From Squalus acanthias (Eukaryota), in assembly GCA_030390025.1 (NCBI GenBank), contig CM059431.1, positions 151,468,001 through 151,532,000 on the forward strand: a DNA stretch of 64,000 nucleotides. Reading direction: 5' to 3'. The notes beneath the pieces are model-generated. The model was given only the letters and a program-made list of their open reading frames with translations, was not told the DNA's origin and made no database searches. Every line of letters begins with the position of its first letter. Position 1 is the stretch's first letter. Shown one piece after another: positions 23,074 through 37,216 of this stretch. Position numbers and translations under genes: made by a program.

Positions 23074-23640
23074 CATAGAAACTTAGAAACATAGAAAATA
23101 GGTACAGGAGTAGGACATTCGGTCCTTCGAGCCTGCACCGCCATTCAATGCGTTCATGGCTGAACATGCTACCTCAGTACCCCATTCCTGCTTTCTCGCC
23201 ATACCCCTTGATCCCCTTAGTTGTGAGTGTTATATCTAACTCCCTTTTGAATATATTTAGCGAACTGGCCTCAACAACCTTCTGTGGAAGAGAATTCCAT
23301 AGATTCACCACTCTCTGGGTGAAGAAGTTCCTCCTCAGCTCAGTCCTAAATGGCTTCCCCTTAATCCTTAGACTGTGACCCCTGGTTCTAGTTTTCCCTA
23401 CCATTGGGAACATTCTGCCCGCATCTAATTTGTCTAAACCAGTCAGGATTTTAAATGTCTCTATAAGATCCCCCCTCATTCTTCTGAACTCCAGAGGATA
23501 CAAGTTCAGTTGACCCAATCTTTCTTGATATGTCAGTCCGGCCATCCCAGGAATCAATCTAGTGAACCTTCGCTGCACTCCCTCAATAGCAAGAATGTCC
23601 TTCCTTAAGTTAAGAGACCAAAACTGCGCACAATACTCCA
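23074..23640 (-). mobile_element. Young 5'-truncated CR1 LINE with open C-terminal frame
   Basis: 155-codon open frame to GYGEKAGMGY*, (CATAGAAA)n tail; empty site GCATTTCACGCTACATT at ~3598-3614. Confidence 0.9.
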
Positions 23641-26363
23641 CACTACATTAATCCCGCGTGTACAAGGCATTTCCCTCTAGTCCCCTCTAGTTCACTTGCC
23701 AATCACTATCAATCTGTGTCCTCTGGTTACCGACGCTTCTGCCACTGGATCTTATGTTAAAATATGTTCAAGGGCAGTGACTGTTCCTCAATTTATTCAA
23801 TGTATTGATAGTCAAAATATAAATCATATTGAAATTGGGTAGTCACGCAGCGGGGCAGAAGCTAATGTAATGTTGGCCATTCTCTCAAGGGGACTTGAAT
23901 ACAAAGGGGTGGAAGTTATGTGACATTTGTACAAAGCTCTGGTTAGACACCGTTTAGAGAATGGTCATCAGTTCGGCGCAGGGCACCTCAGGATGGACAC
24001 ATTGGCATTGGAGTGGGTGCAGCGCAGATTCACCAGAATGATAATGACGTTAAAAGGGTTAAATTATGAAGACAGGCTGCACGGACCAGGATTGTATTCC
24101 CTTGAGTAAATATGATGAAATGATGGTGTAATTGATGAGTTTAAGATGATTAAAGGAGTTGGTTGTGTAAATAGAGAGAAACTATTTCCTCCGGTCAGGA
24201 ATTGTAGAAGAAAGGGGCACAAACTTAAGATTAGAGCAAAACTGTTCAGGGTGATGTCCGGGTACCTTATTCACACAAAGGTTAGTGGAAATCTACAACT
24301 CTCTCCCGCAGTAATCTGTTGAGGCTCGGTCGATTGAAAATTTTAAAACTGAATCAGTAGATTTTTTTAGGCAATATTATTTAGGGTTCGGGAACCAAGG
24401 CAGTTAATTGGAGTTCAGAGGCAGATCAGCCATGATCTATTTGAATGTGGTAGCTGGCGTGATGGGCTGAATGGACTCCTCCTGTTCCTATATTCATAGA
24501 ATTCATACATTCCGAGACTAAGAAGGGACGGTTAGATTCAGGGAAATATAACCCGTAAGCACATAAGAAATGGAGCAGGAATAGGCCTTACGGACACTCG
24601 AACCTGCTCCGCCATTCAATAAGATCATGGCTGATCTTCGACCTCAACTTCACTTTCTCGTCCGATCCCCATTTCACGTGATTCCCCTGCAGTCCAAAAT
24701 CCATCTATCTCAGACTTGAATATACTCAACGAATAAATTTCCATACTCCTCTGGGTTAAAGAATTCCAAAGATTTGTATAAAATGTTTACATTTTAAACT
24801 GCTCTCATTTTGAATATCACTTATTAAATATCAGGTTTTGTTGCAATTTCTAAAACTATATATTAATATCTGTTTTAAAGATACAGTAGGAAACATATTT
24901 GAACACATTTGACACCGAGCCACAAAAGGAGATATTACGTCAGATGACCATGAGGTAGGTGCTAAGGAGTGCCTTAAAGGAGGAGAGAGGAATATAAAGG
25001 CGGAGAGCTTTAGGGAAGGAATTCCAGAGCTTTGAGCCGAGGCAGCTGAATGCCATGACCGCCAATGTTGGGGCGAATAATATCGGGAGCAGGGGGTGCG
25101 CAAGAGGCCAGAATTGGAGGAGCATGGCGAACTTCGAGGGTTGTAGGGCTGGAGGAGGTGACAGTGATCGGGAGCGGATGAGGGCCATGGAGGATTTGAA
25201 AACAAGGATTGGAAAATTAGAAGGTTGAGAGAAGATTTGATGGAGGCGCTCAAAATCATGAGGGGTCTGGACAGAGTCCATAGAGAGAAACTGTTCCCTC
25301 TGGGGGAAGGTCGAGAACTAAAGGACACAGATTTAAGGTGATTGGCAAAAGAACCAAAGGCAACGTATGAACAAACTTCTGTATGCGTTGAGTGATTAAG
25401 ATCATAAACGCAGCAACCAATTTTCGAACAGCAACATCTCTCAAAAAACAATGCGATAAAGTTCAGACAATCTCTTCTTTAGTGGGGTAAATATTGGGCC
25501 AGGACACTTGTGATCTGCTCTACTCTTCTCTCCAACAGTGGCTTGAGATTGATTATGTCCACCTGATAGAGCAGAAGCAGTTTAACGTCTCGTCCAAAAG
25601 ACGGAATTGCCGACAGTGCAGCGCTCTATTGGTACTGCACTGGATTGTCAGCCTAGATTAGGTGCTTAAATCCCTGGAGTGAGACTTGAACCCAGGACTA
25701 ATTCGCGGCTTTAGATGTGAGTGCCCTTACAACTGAGCCCAGGCTGGCGCAATAAAAGATCACAACTTTAGAGAAGAGCAGGGAATTCTCACCGGTGTCC
25801 TTGAGAAAGTATTTAATTGGTTGGAAAACGCTTTGGCACGTCCCGTGGACGTGATAGCCGCAGTATAAATGCAACTCCTTCTTACACTTTTAAATTATTC
25901 TCACATTTCCATTGTCTCTCTGTGTCTGAGCACTGCTGCACAGTGTAAGGGAAGTTTGTTTATTTTCCATTCCCAGAACAGTGTCAGAACCAGATAGACA
26001 AAGCCAGGCCATTCAGAAGAGAAGTTAGGAAACACTTCTCCCTGCAAAGGGTGGTAGAAGTGTGGAATTCTCTCCCACAGAAAACAGCTCAATTAATCAT
26101 TTTAAATCGGAGATCGGTTGAGTTTTGCTAGACAAGTGTATAAAAGGACATGGAACCAAGAAGAGAAGAAGTTGGGGATGAAGGTCGGATACAGATCAGC
26201 AATGATCTTATCTTTCTTTCTTTCTAATCTTACTTTCCTGCAGAACCATAACACGCGAGCAATTTGTTTCTGCATGAATATTTTTCAATTTAAACCGATT
26301 TTTGTGGTAGGCTATAGTCTAACGTCGGTGCTGTAAATTGCTGTTTCGATTGATTATAAGCAG

Positions 26364-26436
26364 CGCTCGAAGAGGGACTTGAATCCTGGAACCTCACGTT
26401 AAAAGTCTGCAGCTCTACCGACTGATCTATCCGGAC
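26364..26436 (-). tRNA. tRNA-Lys(TTT)-derived copy, degenerate
   Basis: Reverse complement GTCCGGATAGATCAGTCGGTAGAGCTGCAGACTTTTAACGTGAGGTTCCAGGATTCAAGTCCCTCTTCGAGCG (73 nt). Confidence 0.72.
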
Positions 26437-27267
26437 ACGGAAGTGCAAACGAAACAGCGGCACTGAGTGGCTGTTTTAGGAATTACAGTTCCTTCACTTC
26501 CTGCTCACAGTTGCCCTCGAAATACACGCACCGTCACCCGATTAATTCAGCTCGACACCTCTTCAAGCAGATTCTACCTCAAACATACTAACCTGACCCG
26601 AGTCTGCTCCGAACTGAAATGAACCATTCTCCTGAATCTGAACTCTTCTCTTCAATCTGATACAAAAAGAAAATACAGCAGATGCTGGAAATCTGAAATA
26701 AAAACAGAAAATTCTGGTGATACTCATCTGTGAAGAGAGAAACAGATTTAACGTTGCAGGTCGATGATCTTTCGTTCTGGAGTGCATGTCCACAGATCCC
26801 TGAAGGTAGCAGAACAGGTAGAAAACATGGTGAAGGAGGCATACGGGATACTTGCTTTATTAGCCGAGGAATAGAATATAAGAGTTGGGAAGTTATGCTT
26901 GAATTGCGTAAAACTCTAGTTTGGCCACTACATAAATACTGCGTGCAGTTTTGTTCACCACATTACAAGAGGGATGTGATTGCACTAGAGAGGGCTAGTG
27001 CAGGGCTGCGGGGAAAGTGCTTGGGTGAGGGACTAGCTGAGAGAAGGCACGGGTTCGACGGGCCGAACGGCCTTGTCCCGTGATGCAACCATTCTATGAT
27101 TCCATTCTATGATTCTAACTTGTCCTGCCGCATTCAAAAATGTGTGTACTTAACACCCCAGCGGTGAGATTAAGGAGAAGGGAGTCAGATTGTGGACAAG
27201 GAATGAGATGGAGGAGTAAGGGTCAGACTGAAGAGAACTGCTCTTCTCCAAAGTGAGAAATTGTATC

Positions 27268-27712
27268 GCGCCAGCATTGTCTCAGTTGTTAGGGCATTCA
27301 CATCTGAAGTTGCGAATTAGTCCTTGGTTCAAGTCTCACTCCAGGGATTTAAGCAAGCAAACTTGGCTGACTATTCAGTGCAGTACAAAGAGAGCGCTGT
27401 ACTGTCGGCAATTCCGTCTTTTGGACGAGACGTTAAACTGCGTCTGCTCTCTCAGGTGGACATAAACAATCTCACAGCCACACTTGGAGAGAAGAGCAGA
27501 GGAGCTCTCCCCAGTGTCCTGGCCCAATATATACCCCACTAAAGAAGAGATTGTCAGATGATTATCGCATTGTTGTTTGTGGGATCTTGCTGTTCGAAAA
27601 TTGGTTGATGCCTTTCCTAAATTCCAACAATTCAAAAGTACTTCGTTGGTTGTAAGGCGCTTTGGGACGTCTGTGGTTGTAAAAGGTGCTATATCAATGC
27701 AAATTCTTTCTT
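27268..27712 (+). mobile_element. Deu-domain SINE, paralog of 8583-9025
   Basis: Same sequence and same flanks. Confidence 0.8.
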
Positions 27713-29889
27713 CGAATAGTGCCATGGGATCTTCCACATCTACCTGAGAAGGCAGCATTTTATGGCAATAAAAACCAGGAGAGATATATAAGGGGGCAGC
27801 CGTTTCGCTATCTCTCGTTTCACACTAGTGCACGAAGTCAATATTACCGGATTATCACTGCATTTAGTCTGGAACCAATCCCCGGGCTGGGAAATGCACC
27901 GATGTGAATGCTGGGCTCACTGACTAGACTCGTACGGCAATAGTGCCTTGGTGACACGCTGCAGAGTTCCTGGCACCCGCGCTCTGTTAACTAAGATAAC
28001 ACACAGTCAGGGGGAAGGAGTGAACAAAACTGGCCTTTTTCAATATATTCGCAGAATGATTCATTTATTTTAATGCAAATGAATCATCTTACAGTATATC
28101 AGGACACAGAACGTCAGGAGACAATTGCCCAGTTGCTTTTTATTTATATGTACGAAAGGAGCCGATTCTGGTTATGTTTTTAAGGTTTTACAGCATCAGA
28201 TATATGCAGATGATACAAAACTTGGCCGTGTGGTTGATAATGAAGAATAAAGCTGCAGACTGAATGAAGATAGCAATGGACTGGTCTGGTGGGAAGAACA
28301 GTGGCAAATTAAATTCAACCTGCAAAAGTGTGAGGTTATGCATTTAGGGAGGGCTAACAAGGCAACCGAATACACAATAAATGGCAGGAAATTGAGAAGT
28401 GCGGAGGGTCAGAGGGAACTTGGAGTGCATGTCCAGAGATCCCTGAAGGTAGCAGGACAGATTGACAAGATGTTGAAGAAGGCATACTGGATACTTGCCT
28501 TTATTAGCCGAGGCATAGAATATAAGAGCAGGGAGGTTATGTTAGAATTGCATAAAACAATAGTTAGGCCACAACTTGAATACTGCGTGCAGTTGTGTTC
28601 ACCACATTACAGGAAGGATGTGATTGCACCAGAGAGGGTGCAGAGGAGATTTACGAGGATGTTGCCTGGGATGGGAATTTTAGCTATGAGGAATGATTGG
28701 GTAGGATGGGGTTGTTTTTATTGGAACAGAGGAGGCTGAGGGGAGACATAATAGAGGTGTATACAATTATGAGGGGCCTAGATAGAGTGGTTAGGAAGGA
28801 CCTATTTCGCTTAGCAAAAGGGTCAAAAACCAGTGGGCATAGACTTAAAGTACTTGGTAGGAGCTTTGGAGGGGATTTGTGGGGAAATGTTTTCACCCAC
28901 AGGGTGGAGTGGTTGTGAGAACTCATTTCCTGAGAGAATGGAAGAAGCAGAAACCCTCATCACATTGAAAAAGTACTTGGATTTGAACTTGATGTGCCAT
29001 AAACTACAAGGCTGCGGACCAATTGCTGGAGTGTGGGATTAGGGTTGATAGCACTTTGTCGGCCGACATGGATAGATGGACCAAATGGCCTCCTTTTGTG
29101 CTGTAGGTTTCTATGAATCCATGAATAGCATAGATGCATTTAAAGGAAGCTAGATAAATACATGAGGGAGATAGGAATAGAAGGATATGCTGATTGGGTT
29201 GGATGAAGAAGGGGGTGGAAGGAGGCTCCTGTGGAGCATAAACATCAGCACAGAGAATTAGGGCTGAATGGCCTGTGTCTGTGTTGTAGACTCGCTGTAA
29301 CACTAGGATATGAAGTAAAGTTTGGAAGCATTTTCCACTATATAAAAGCCGCGAATGCTCACCCAAAATAACTGAGCGGTTGCGGAACAATTTTCAAACT
29401 AATAAGTCCGGATAACAGTAAGGTTTATTTCAAATATTGACTCATCCTCAATTCTGAAAGCTAGGCGAGTAATTGGGGAAAAGAAACATCTGAGAGCCAA
29501 AAGGGAACTTTAGAAAATATGACAGGAAGTAGTCAGAAGGAAGAGTAATACAGACTAACAACGCCCCATACTCAGAAAGACTAGTTCGGAGAAATCAATT
29601 GATCTTCAATAGATGCACTCAGAATGTAGCCAACAATAGAAGGAAACATTGACCTTTCCCTTGAGATTGGGCGGCGTTTCAGGCAACTGACTATCTGTCG
29701 TCACATGCTGACAATTATTCATATTTATATAGACATTTATTCATCTAGGAAAACTCCCTCGGGACAGTCCGATTGCACAATGAGTTACATTAGTCACCCT
29801 CACTGGACCAAACAGATTCAGACATCATCTGGTGTTGCTTTGATATTAATAAGTCGGTTAAACACTTTATATGCACTGCCTGAAGGTAG

Positions 29890-30302
29890 ATAAAGGTGTA
29901 ACTGAGTACAGTGAATGAAACAGGGAGACACCAGCAGAGTGAGATAGATAAAGGTGAGAGTCAGTGCAGTGATTAATATAGGGAGACACCATCAGAGGGA
30001 GAGAGATTCAGCTTGGAGTGAGAAAAGTGAGTGATACAGAGAGACACCAGCAGAGTGAGATAGATAAAGGTGAGAGTCAGTGCAGTGATTAATATAGGGA
30101 GACACCATCAGAGGGAGAGAGATTCAGCTTGGAGTGAGAAAAGTGAGTGATACAGAGAGACACCAGCAGAGTGAGATAGATAAAGGTGAGAGTCAGTGCA
30201 GTGATTAATATAGGGAGACACCATCAGAGGGAGAGAGATTCAGGTTGGAGTGAGAAAAGTGAGTGATACAGAGAGACACCAGCAGAGGGATATAGATAAA
30301 GG
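29890..30302. repeat. 58-bp minisatellite arranged as a 116-bp dimer repeated about three times
   Basis: TAGATAAAGGTGAGAGTCAG recurs at 29945, 30061 and 30177. Confidence 0.9.
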
Positions 30303-30311
30303 TATTTCAGA

Positions 30312-30372
30312 ACCCAGATAGCTCAGTCGGTAGCGTATCAGACTTTGAATCTGAGAAACCAGAGTTCAAATC
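30312..30372 (+). pseudogene. 3'-truncated tRNA-Lys-like copy (anticodon TTG)
   Basis: ACCCAGATAGCTCAGTCGGTAGCGTATCAGACTTTGAATCTGAGAAACCAGAGTTCAAATC, then jumps into the shared downstream flank. Confidence 0.65.
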
Positions 30373-32091
30373 AATAGGAACAATAATTTCAAGCAACAAC
30401 ATGAGATTATAACTAGTTAAATTCACCTCGGTAGTGGGGTAGCTTCGAATAACATTAAAAGGACAACGTTAAAAGTCGTTTGGATTAATTAAGGAAAGGC
30501 AGAACGGATTTCTTAAAGCTAAATCCAACTTGGTGGAGTATTTTGATGAGGTAACAGAGAGGGTTGATGAGGGAACTGCGTTTGATGTAGTGTACTTGGA
30601 TTTCCAAAAGGCGTTCGACAAACTGCCACATAATAGGATCGCCAGCAAAGTTGAAAGCCATAGAATAATAGGGACTGTGGCACATGGATACGAAATTGGC
30701 TAAATTACAAGAAACAGAGAATAGTAGTGAAGGGTTGCTTTTCGGACTGGAGGAACGTATAGTGTGTTGTTCCCAGGGGTCGGTTCTAGGACCACTGCTT
30801 TTCTTGATATATATTAATGAATTTGACGTGGATGTACAGTGCACAATTTCAAATTAGCAGATGACACAAAACTTGGAAGTATATTGAATAATGAGGAGGA
30901 GAGTGCTAGACATCAGGAAAACATAAAAAGGCTGGTGAAATGGGCGGACACGTGGCAGATGAATTTTAACGCAGATAAGTGTGAAGTGATACATTTTGGT
31001 AGAAAGTATGAGCAGAGGACTTTTAAATTAATTGGTACAATAATAAAGGGTGTGCACGATCAGAGAGACCTGCGGGTACATGTGTACAAATCGTTGAAGG
31101 TGGCAGTGCAGTTACAAAAAGCTGTTACAAAGGCTAACGGGATCCTGGGCTTCATAAATAGAGTACAAAAGTGTGTCATTTATGATGAACCTTTATAAAA
31201 CACTGGTTCGGCCCCACCTGGAGTGCTGTGTCCAATTCTGGGCACCACACTATAGGACGGATATGAAGGTGTTAGAGAGAGTGCAGAAAAGATTTAAGAG
31301 AACGATTCCAGGAATGAGGGACTTCAGTTACATTGATAGACTGGAGAAGCTGGGGTTGTTCTCCTTGCATCAGAGCAGATTCAGAGGTGATTTGATAGAT
31401 GTGCTGAAAATCATGAGTGGTCTGGACAGAGTAGATAGAGAGAAAATGTTCCCATTGACGGAAGGATCCAGAACCAGAGGACACAGATTTAAGGTGATTG
31501 GAAAAAGAATCAAAGGCGACGTAAGAAAAAAACTTGTTTAAGCAGCAAGCGATTAAAATCTGGAATGCACTGCCGTGATAAGCGTGGTGGAGGCAGACAC
31601 AATCTTACCTTTCAAAAGGGATTTGGATGAGACTCTGTAGGGAAAACAATTGCAGGGCTAAGGGGAAAGGTCGGGGTAGTGGGACTAGCTGAGAGGCGGC
31701 ACGGGTTCGACGGGCCGAATGGCCTTGTTCCGTGCTCTAACCATTCTATGATTCCATTCTATGTTTCTAACTTGTCCTGCCACCTTCAAAGATTTCTGTA
31801 CATAAACCCCGGGCGGTGAGATTAACGAGAAGGGAGTCAGATTGTAGACAAGGAATGAGTTTGAGGAGTAAGGATCAGATTGAAGAGAAGAGTTCAGATT
31901 CAGAAGGAAAGGTTATTTCAGTTCAGAGCAGACTCGGTGCATGTTAATGGCTCTTAATATGTTTGAGGTAGAAAGTGCTTGAAGAGGTGTCGAGTTGAAG
32001 CAATGGAGTGATGATGCGTGTGATCAAGGAGTGAAGGAAATGTAATTACTACCACAGCCACTCAGTGCCGCTGTTTTATTTGCATTTCAGA

Positions 32092-32164
32092 GTCCGGATA
32101 GCTCAATCGGGAGACCATTAGACTTTTAACCTGACGGTCCAGGATTGAAGTCACTTTTCAGGCT
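32092..32164 (+). tRNA. tRNA-Lys(TTT)-derived copy, degenerate
   Basis: GTCCGGATAGCTCAATCGGGAGACCATTAGACTTTTAACCTGACGGTCCAGGATTGAAGTCACTTTTCAGGCT (73 nt). Confidence 0.7.
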
Positions 32165-32762
32165 CTGCTTGTAATCAATGGAAACAGCAATTTACAGCAC
32201 CGACGTCAGATTATAACCTACCACAAAAATCGTTTTAGATTGAAAAATAGTCCTGTATTTTATTGAGAGCAGAAACGAATTGCTCGAGTTTTATGGCTCT
32301 CTAAGAAAGTAAGATTTGACAGAAAGAAAGATAAGATCATGGATGATCTGTATCCGAACTCCAACCCCCAGCCTTGGCTGCATATCCTTTTATACCCTTG
32401 TCAAGCAAAGCTTAATCGATCTCCGATTTAAAATGATTAATTGAACTGTTTTCTGTCGGAGAGAATTCCACACTTCTACCAACTTTTGCAGGAAGATTTT
32501 TTTCCTGAATTCTCTCCTGAATGGCCTGGCTTTGTCTATCTGTTGCTGACACTTGCGACTACTCCGATGTGCAGCAGACCTCAGACACAGAGAGACACAA
32601 TGGAAATCATAGAAAAATTTAAAAGTGTAAGGAGGAGTTGCATTTATACAGCGCCTATCACTCCCACAGGACGTCGCAAAGCGTTTTACAGCCAATTAAA
32701 TACTTTCTGAAAGACACCGGGGAGAAATCCCCTACTCTTCTCATTAGATGATTAACTTTATT

Positions 32763-33208
32763 GCGCCAGCCTTGGCTCAGTTGCTGGAGCAATCACATCT
32801 CAAGTCGCGAATTAGTCCTGGGTTTAAGTCTCACTCCAGGGATTTAAGCACCTCAATCTAGGCTGACAATCCAGTGCAGTACCAAGAGAGCGCTGCACTG
32901 TCGGCAATTCCGTCTTTTGGAAGAGACGTTAAACCGCGTCTGCCCTCTCAGGTGGACATAAACAATCTCACAGCCAGTATTGGAGAGAAGAGTAGAGGAG
33001 TTCTCCCAAGTGCCCTGGCCCAATATTTACCCCACTGAGGAAGAGATTGTCAGATCATTATCGCATTGTTGTTTATGGGATCTTGCTGTTCGAAAATTGG
33101 TTGCTGCCTTTCCAACATTCCCTCAGTTCAAAAGTACTTCATTGATTGTAAGGCGCTTTGGGACGTCTGTGGTTGTAAAAGGCGCTATATCAATGCAAAT
33201 TACTTTTT
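32763..33208 (+). mobile_element. Deu-domain SINE, paralog of 8583-9025
   Basis: Same sequence and same flanks. Confidence 0.8.
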
Positions 33209-36200
33209 CGAATAGTGCCATTGCATCTTCCACATCTACCTGCGAGGGCAGCATTGAATGGCAATAAAAAACCAGGAGAGATATATAAGGGGGCAGCCGT
33301 TTCGCTACCGCCCGTTTCACACTATCGCACGAAGTCAATATTACCGGATTATCACTGCATTTAGTCTGGAATCAGTACCAGATCTGGGAAATGCACCGGT
33401 GTGAATGTTGGGCTCACTGACCAGACTCGCACGGCAATACTGTCTTGGTGACACGCTGGAGAGTTCTTGGCACCAGCGCTCTGTTAACTAAGGTAACACA
33501 CAGTGAGGGGGAAGGAGAGAACAAAACAGGCCTTTTTAAATACATTCGCAGAATGTTTCATTTATTGTAATGCAAAGTCAATAATCTTACAGTATATCAG
33601 GACACAGAACGTCAGGAGACTATTGTCCAGTTGCTTTTAATCATGATCTACGAAAGGAGTCGCTTCTGGTTATGTTTTTAAAGCTTTACAACATCAGATG
33701 TTGCAGATGATACAAAACTTGACCGTGTGGTTGATAATGAAGAATAAAGCTGCAAACTGAAGGAATATATCAGAGGACTGATCTGGTGGGAAGAACAGTG
33801 GCAAATGGAATACAATCCGGAGAATGGTGAGGTAATGCATTTGGGGAGGGCTAACAAGACAAAGGAATACACTATAAATGGTAGGACACTGAGAAGTGCA
33901 GAGGATCAGAGGGACCTTGGAGTGCATGTCCACAGATCCCTGAAGGTAGCAGGACAGGTAGACAAGATGGTGAAGAAGGCATACAGGTTACTTGCCTTTA
34001 TTCGCCGATGCATAGTCTATAAGAGCTGGGGGGTTATGCATGAACTGAATAAAACACTAATTAGGCCACAACTTGAATACTGATTACAGTTGTGGTCACC
34101 ACATTACAGGAAGGATGTGATTGCACTGGAGAGGGTGCAGAGGAGATTTACGAGGATGTTGCCTCCACTGGGGAAATTTAGCTATGAGGAAAGATTGGCT
34201 AGTCTGGGGTTGTTTTCATTGGAACAGATGAGCCTGAGGGGAGACCTAATTGAGGTGTATAAAATTATGAGGGTCATAGAGAGAGTGGGTAGGAAGGACC
34301 AATTTCACTTAGCAAAAGGATCAATAACCAGGGGGCAGAGACGTAAAGTAACTGGTAGTTGATTTAGAGGAATGTTGAGGGGAAAGTATTTCACCCAGAT
34401 GGTGATGAGCGGTCTGAGAACTCATTTCCTGAAAGGATCTTAGAATCAGAAACCCTCATCACATTTTAAAAGTACTTGGATATGAAATTGAAGTGCCATA
34501 ACCTACAGCGCTGCGAACCAAGTGCTGGACTGTGGGATTAGGGTTGATAGCTCTTTGTCGGCCGGCATGGACAAGATGGGCAAAATGGCCTCCTTCTGTG
34601 CTGTGAGTTTCTATGATTCCATGACTAGCATAGCTGCATTTAAAGGAAGCTACATACACACTTGAGGGAGATAGGAATAGAAGGATATGCTGATTGGGTT
34701 TGATGAAGTGGGGGAAAGAAAGAGGCTCGTGTGGAGCATAAACTTCAGCACAGAGAATAAGGACTGAATGGCCTGTGTCTGTGTTGTAGACTCGCTGTAA
34801 CACGAGGATATGAAGTAACGTTTGGGAGCATTTTCCTCTATATAAAATCCACAAATGCTCAGCCACAATAACTGAGCGATTGCAGAACACTTTTCAAACT
34901 GCTAAGTCCGGATAACAGTAAGGTATATTTCAAATATTGCCTTATCCGAAATTCCGAAAGTTACAGGCGAGTAATTGGGGAAAAGAAACATCTGACAGCG
35001 AAAAGGGAACTTTATGAAACATGACAGGAAGCAGTCAGAAGGAAGAGTAACACAGACTAACACCGCCCCATACTCAGAAAGACTAGTTCGAATAAATCAA
35101 TAGAACTTCAATAGATGCACTCAGAATGCAGCCAACAATAGAAGCAAACATTGACATTTCCCCTCAGATCTGATCTGATTGGGCGGCGTTTGAGGCAGCT
35201 GACTATCTGTCGTCACATGCTGAAAATGATTCATATTGATATTGACATTTATACCTCCAGGAAACCTCCCTCGGGACAGTCCGATTAGACGATGATTTAC
35301 ATTCCTCACTCTCACTGGAACAAATAGATTCAGACATCATCTGGTGTTGTTTTGATATTAATAAATCGGTTAAACACTTTACATGCACTGCCTGAAAGTA
35401 GAAAAAGGTGTAACTGAGTACACTGAATGGAACAGGGAGACGCCAGCAGAGTGAGATAGATAAAGGTGAGACTGAGTACAGTGAGTGATACAGAGAGACA
35501 CCAGCAGAGGGAGAGAGATAAAGGTGAGACTGAGTACGGATGAGTGATACAAGGAGACATTAAAAACATTAATCGGGACAAAATTATCAGTCACTTGGAT
35601 AGGTTTGGATTAATTAAGGAAAGCCAGAACGGATTTCTTAAAGCCAAATCCTGTTTAACCAATTTTGTCGAGTATTTTGATGAGGTAACAGAGTGGGTTG
35701 ATGGCGGTAATGTGGTTGATGTAGTGTACATGTATTTTCAAAAGGCGTTCGACAAACTGCCACATAATAGGATCGCCAGCAAAGTTGAAAGCCATAGAAT
35801 AAAAGGGACAGTGGCAGCATGGATACGAAATTGGCTAAATGACAAGAAACAGAGAAAAGTGGTGAACGGTTTTTATTCGGACTGGAGGAACGTATAAAGT
35901 GGAGTTCCCCAGATGTCGGTTGATAGACTTCAGGAAGATATAAACGGGATTGTGAAATGGGCGGACATGTGGTAGATGAATTTTAACGCAGATAATTCTG
36001 AAGGGATATATTTTGGTAGAAAGTATGAGCAGAGAACATATAAATTGAATTTGACAATAATAAAGTGGGTGCACGAGCAGAGACATCGGGGGTTTATGTG
36101 TACAAATCGTTGAAGGTGGAAGGGCAGTTTGAGAAAACAGATAAAAAGGCTTACGGGATCCTGGGCGTCATAAATAGTGTACAAAAGTGTGTAATTAATG

Positions 36201-37143
36201 ATGAACCTGTATAAAACACTGTTTCGGCCCCAACTGGAGTAAGGTGTCCAATTCTGGGCAGCAAACTTTAGGAAGGATATGAAGGCCTTAGAGAGAGTGC
36301 AGAAAAGATTTACGAGAATTATTCCAGGAATGAGGTACTTCAGTTACATTGATAGACTGGAGAAGCTGGTGTTTTTCTCCTCGGAGCAGCGAAGATTGAG
36401 AGGAGTTTTGATCGATGTGCTCAAAATCATGAGGGGCCTGGAAGGAGTAGATAGAGAGAAACTGTTCCCATTGGCGGAAGGGTCGAGAACAAGAGGACAC
36501 AGATTTAAGGTGTTTGGCAAAAGAACCAAAGGCCACGTAAGAAATACATGTTTTATTCAGCGAGTGATTAAGATTTGGGATGCACTGTCTGAAAGAGTGG
36601 TGGAGGCAGACTCAATCTTACCTTTCAAACGGGAGTTGGATGAGAATCTGATGGGACAACATTGCATGGCAATGGGGAAAGGGCTTGTGTGTGGATCTAG
36701 TTTAGAGACGGCACGGGTTCGACGGGCCGAATGGCATTGTTCCGTGCTGTAACCATTCTGTGATTCCATTCTATGATTCTAACTTGTCTTGCCAACTTCA
36801 AAGATTTGTGTACATAACCGCCCGGCGGTGAGATTAACCAGAAGGGAGTCAGATTGCGGACAAGGAATGAGATTGAGGAATAAGGATCACATTGTTGAGA
36901 AGTGGTCAGATTCAGGAGAAAGCATCATTTCAATTCGTAGCAGACTGGGGGCTGGTTGATGGCTGTTAGTATGTTTGAGGTAGAATCTGCTTGAAGAGGG
37001 GTCGAGCTGAAGCAATGTGGTAACGGTGAGTGTGTTCATTGGGCGAGGGTGCGTGTGTGCAGAGGGCAGCTGTGATAAGGAAGTGAAAGAAATGTATTTC
37101 CTATCACAGCCACACAGGGCCGCTGTTTCGTTTCTCCTTCAGA

Positions 37144-37216
37144 GGTCGGATCGCTCAGCCGGTAGAGTGGCAGATTTTTAATGTGCGAGTCCAGAGTTCA
37201 AGTCTCTGTTCGAGCG
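37144..37216 (+). tRNA. tRNA-Lys(TTT)-derived copy, degenerate
   Basis: GGTCGGATCGCTCAGCCGGTAGAGTGGCAGATTTTTAATGTGCGAGTCCAGAGTTCAAGTCTCTGTTCGAGCG followed by a T5 run. Confidence 0.7.
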
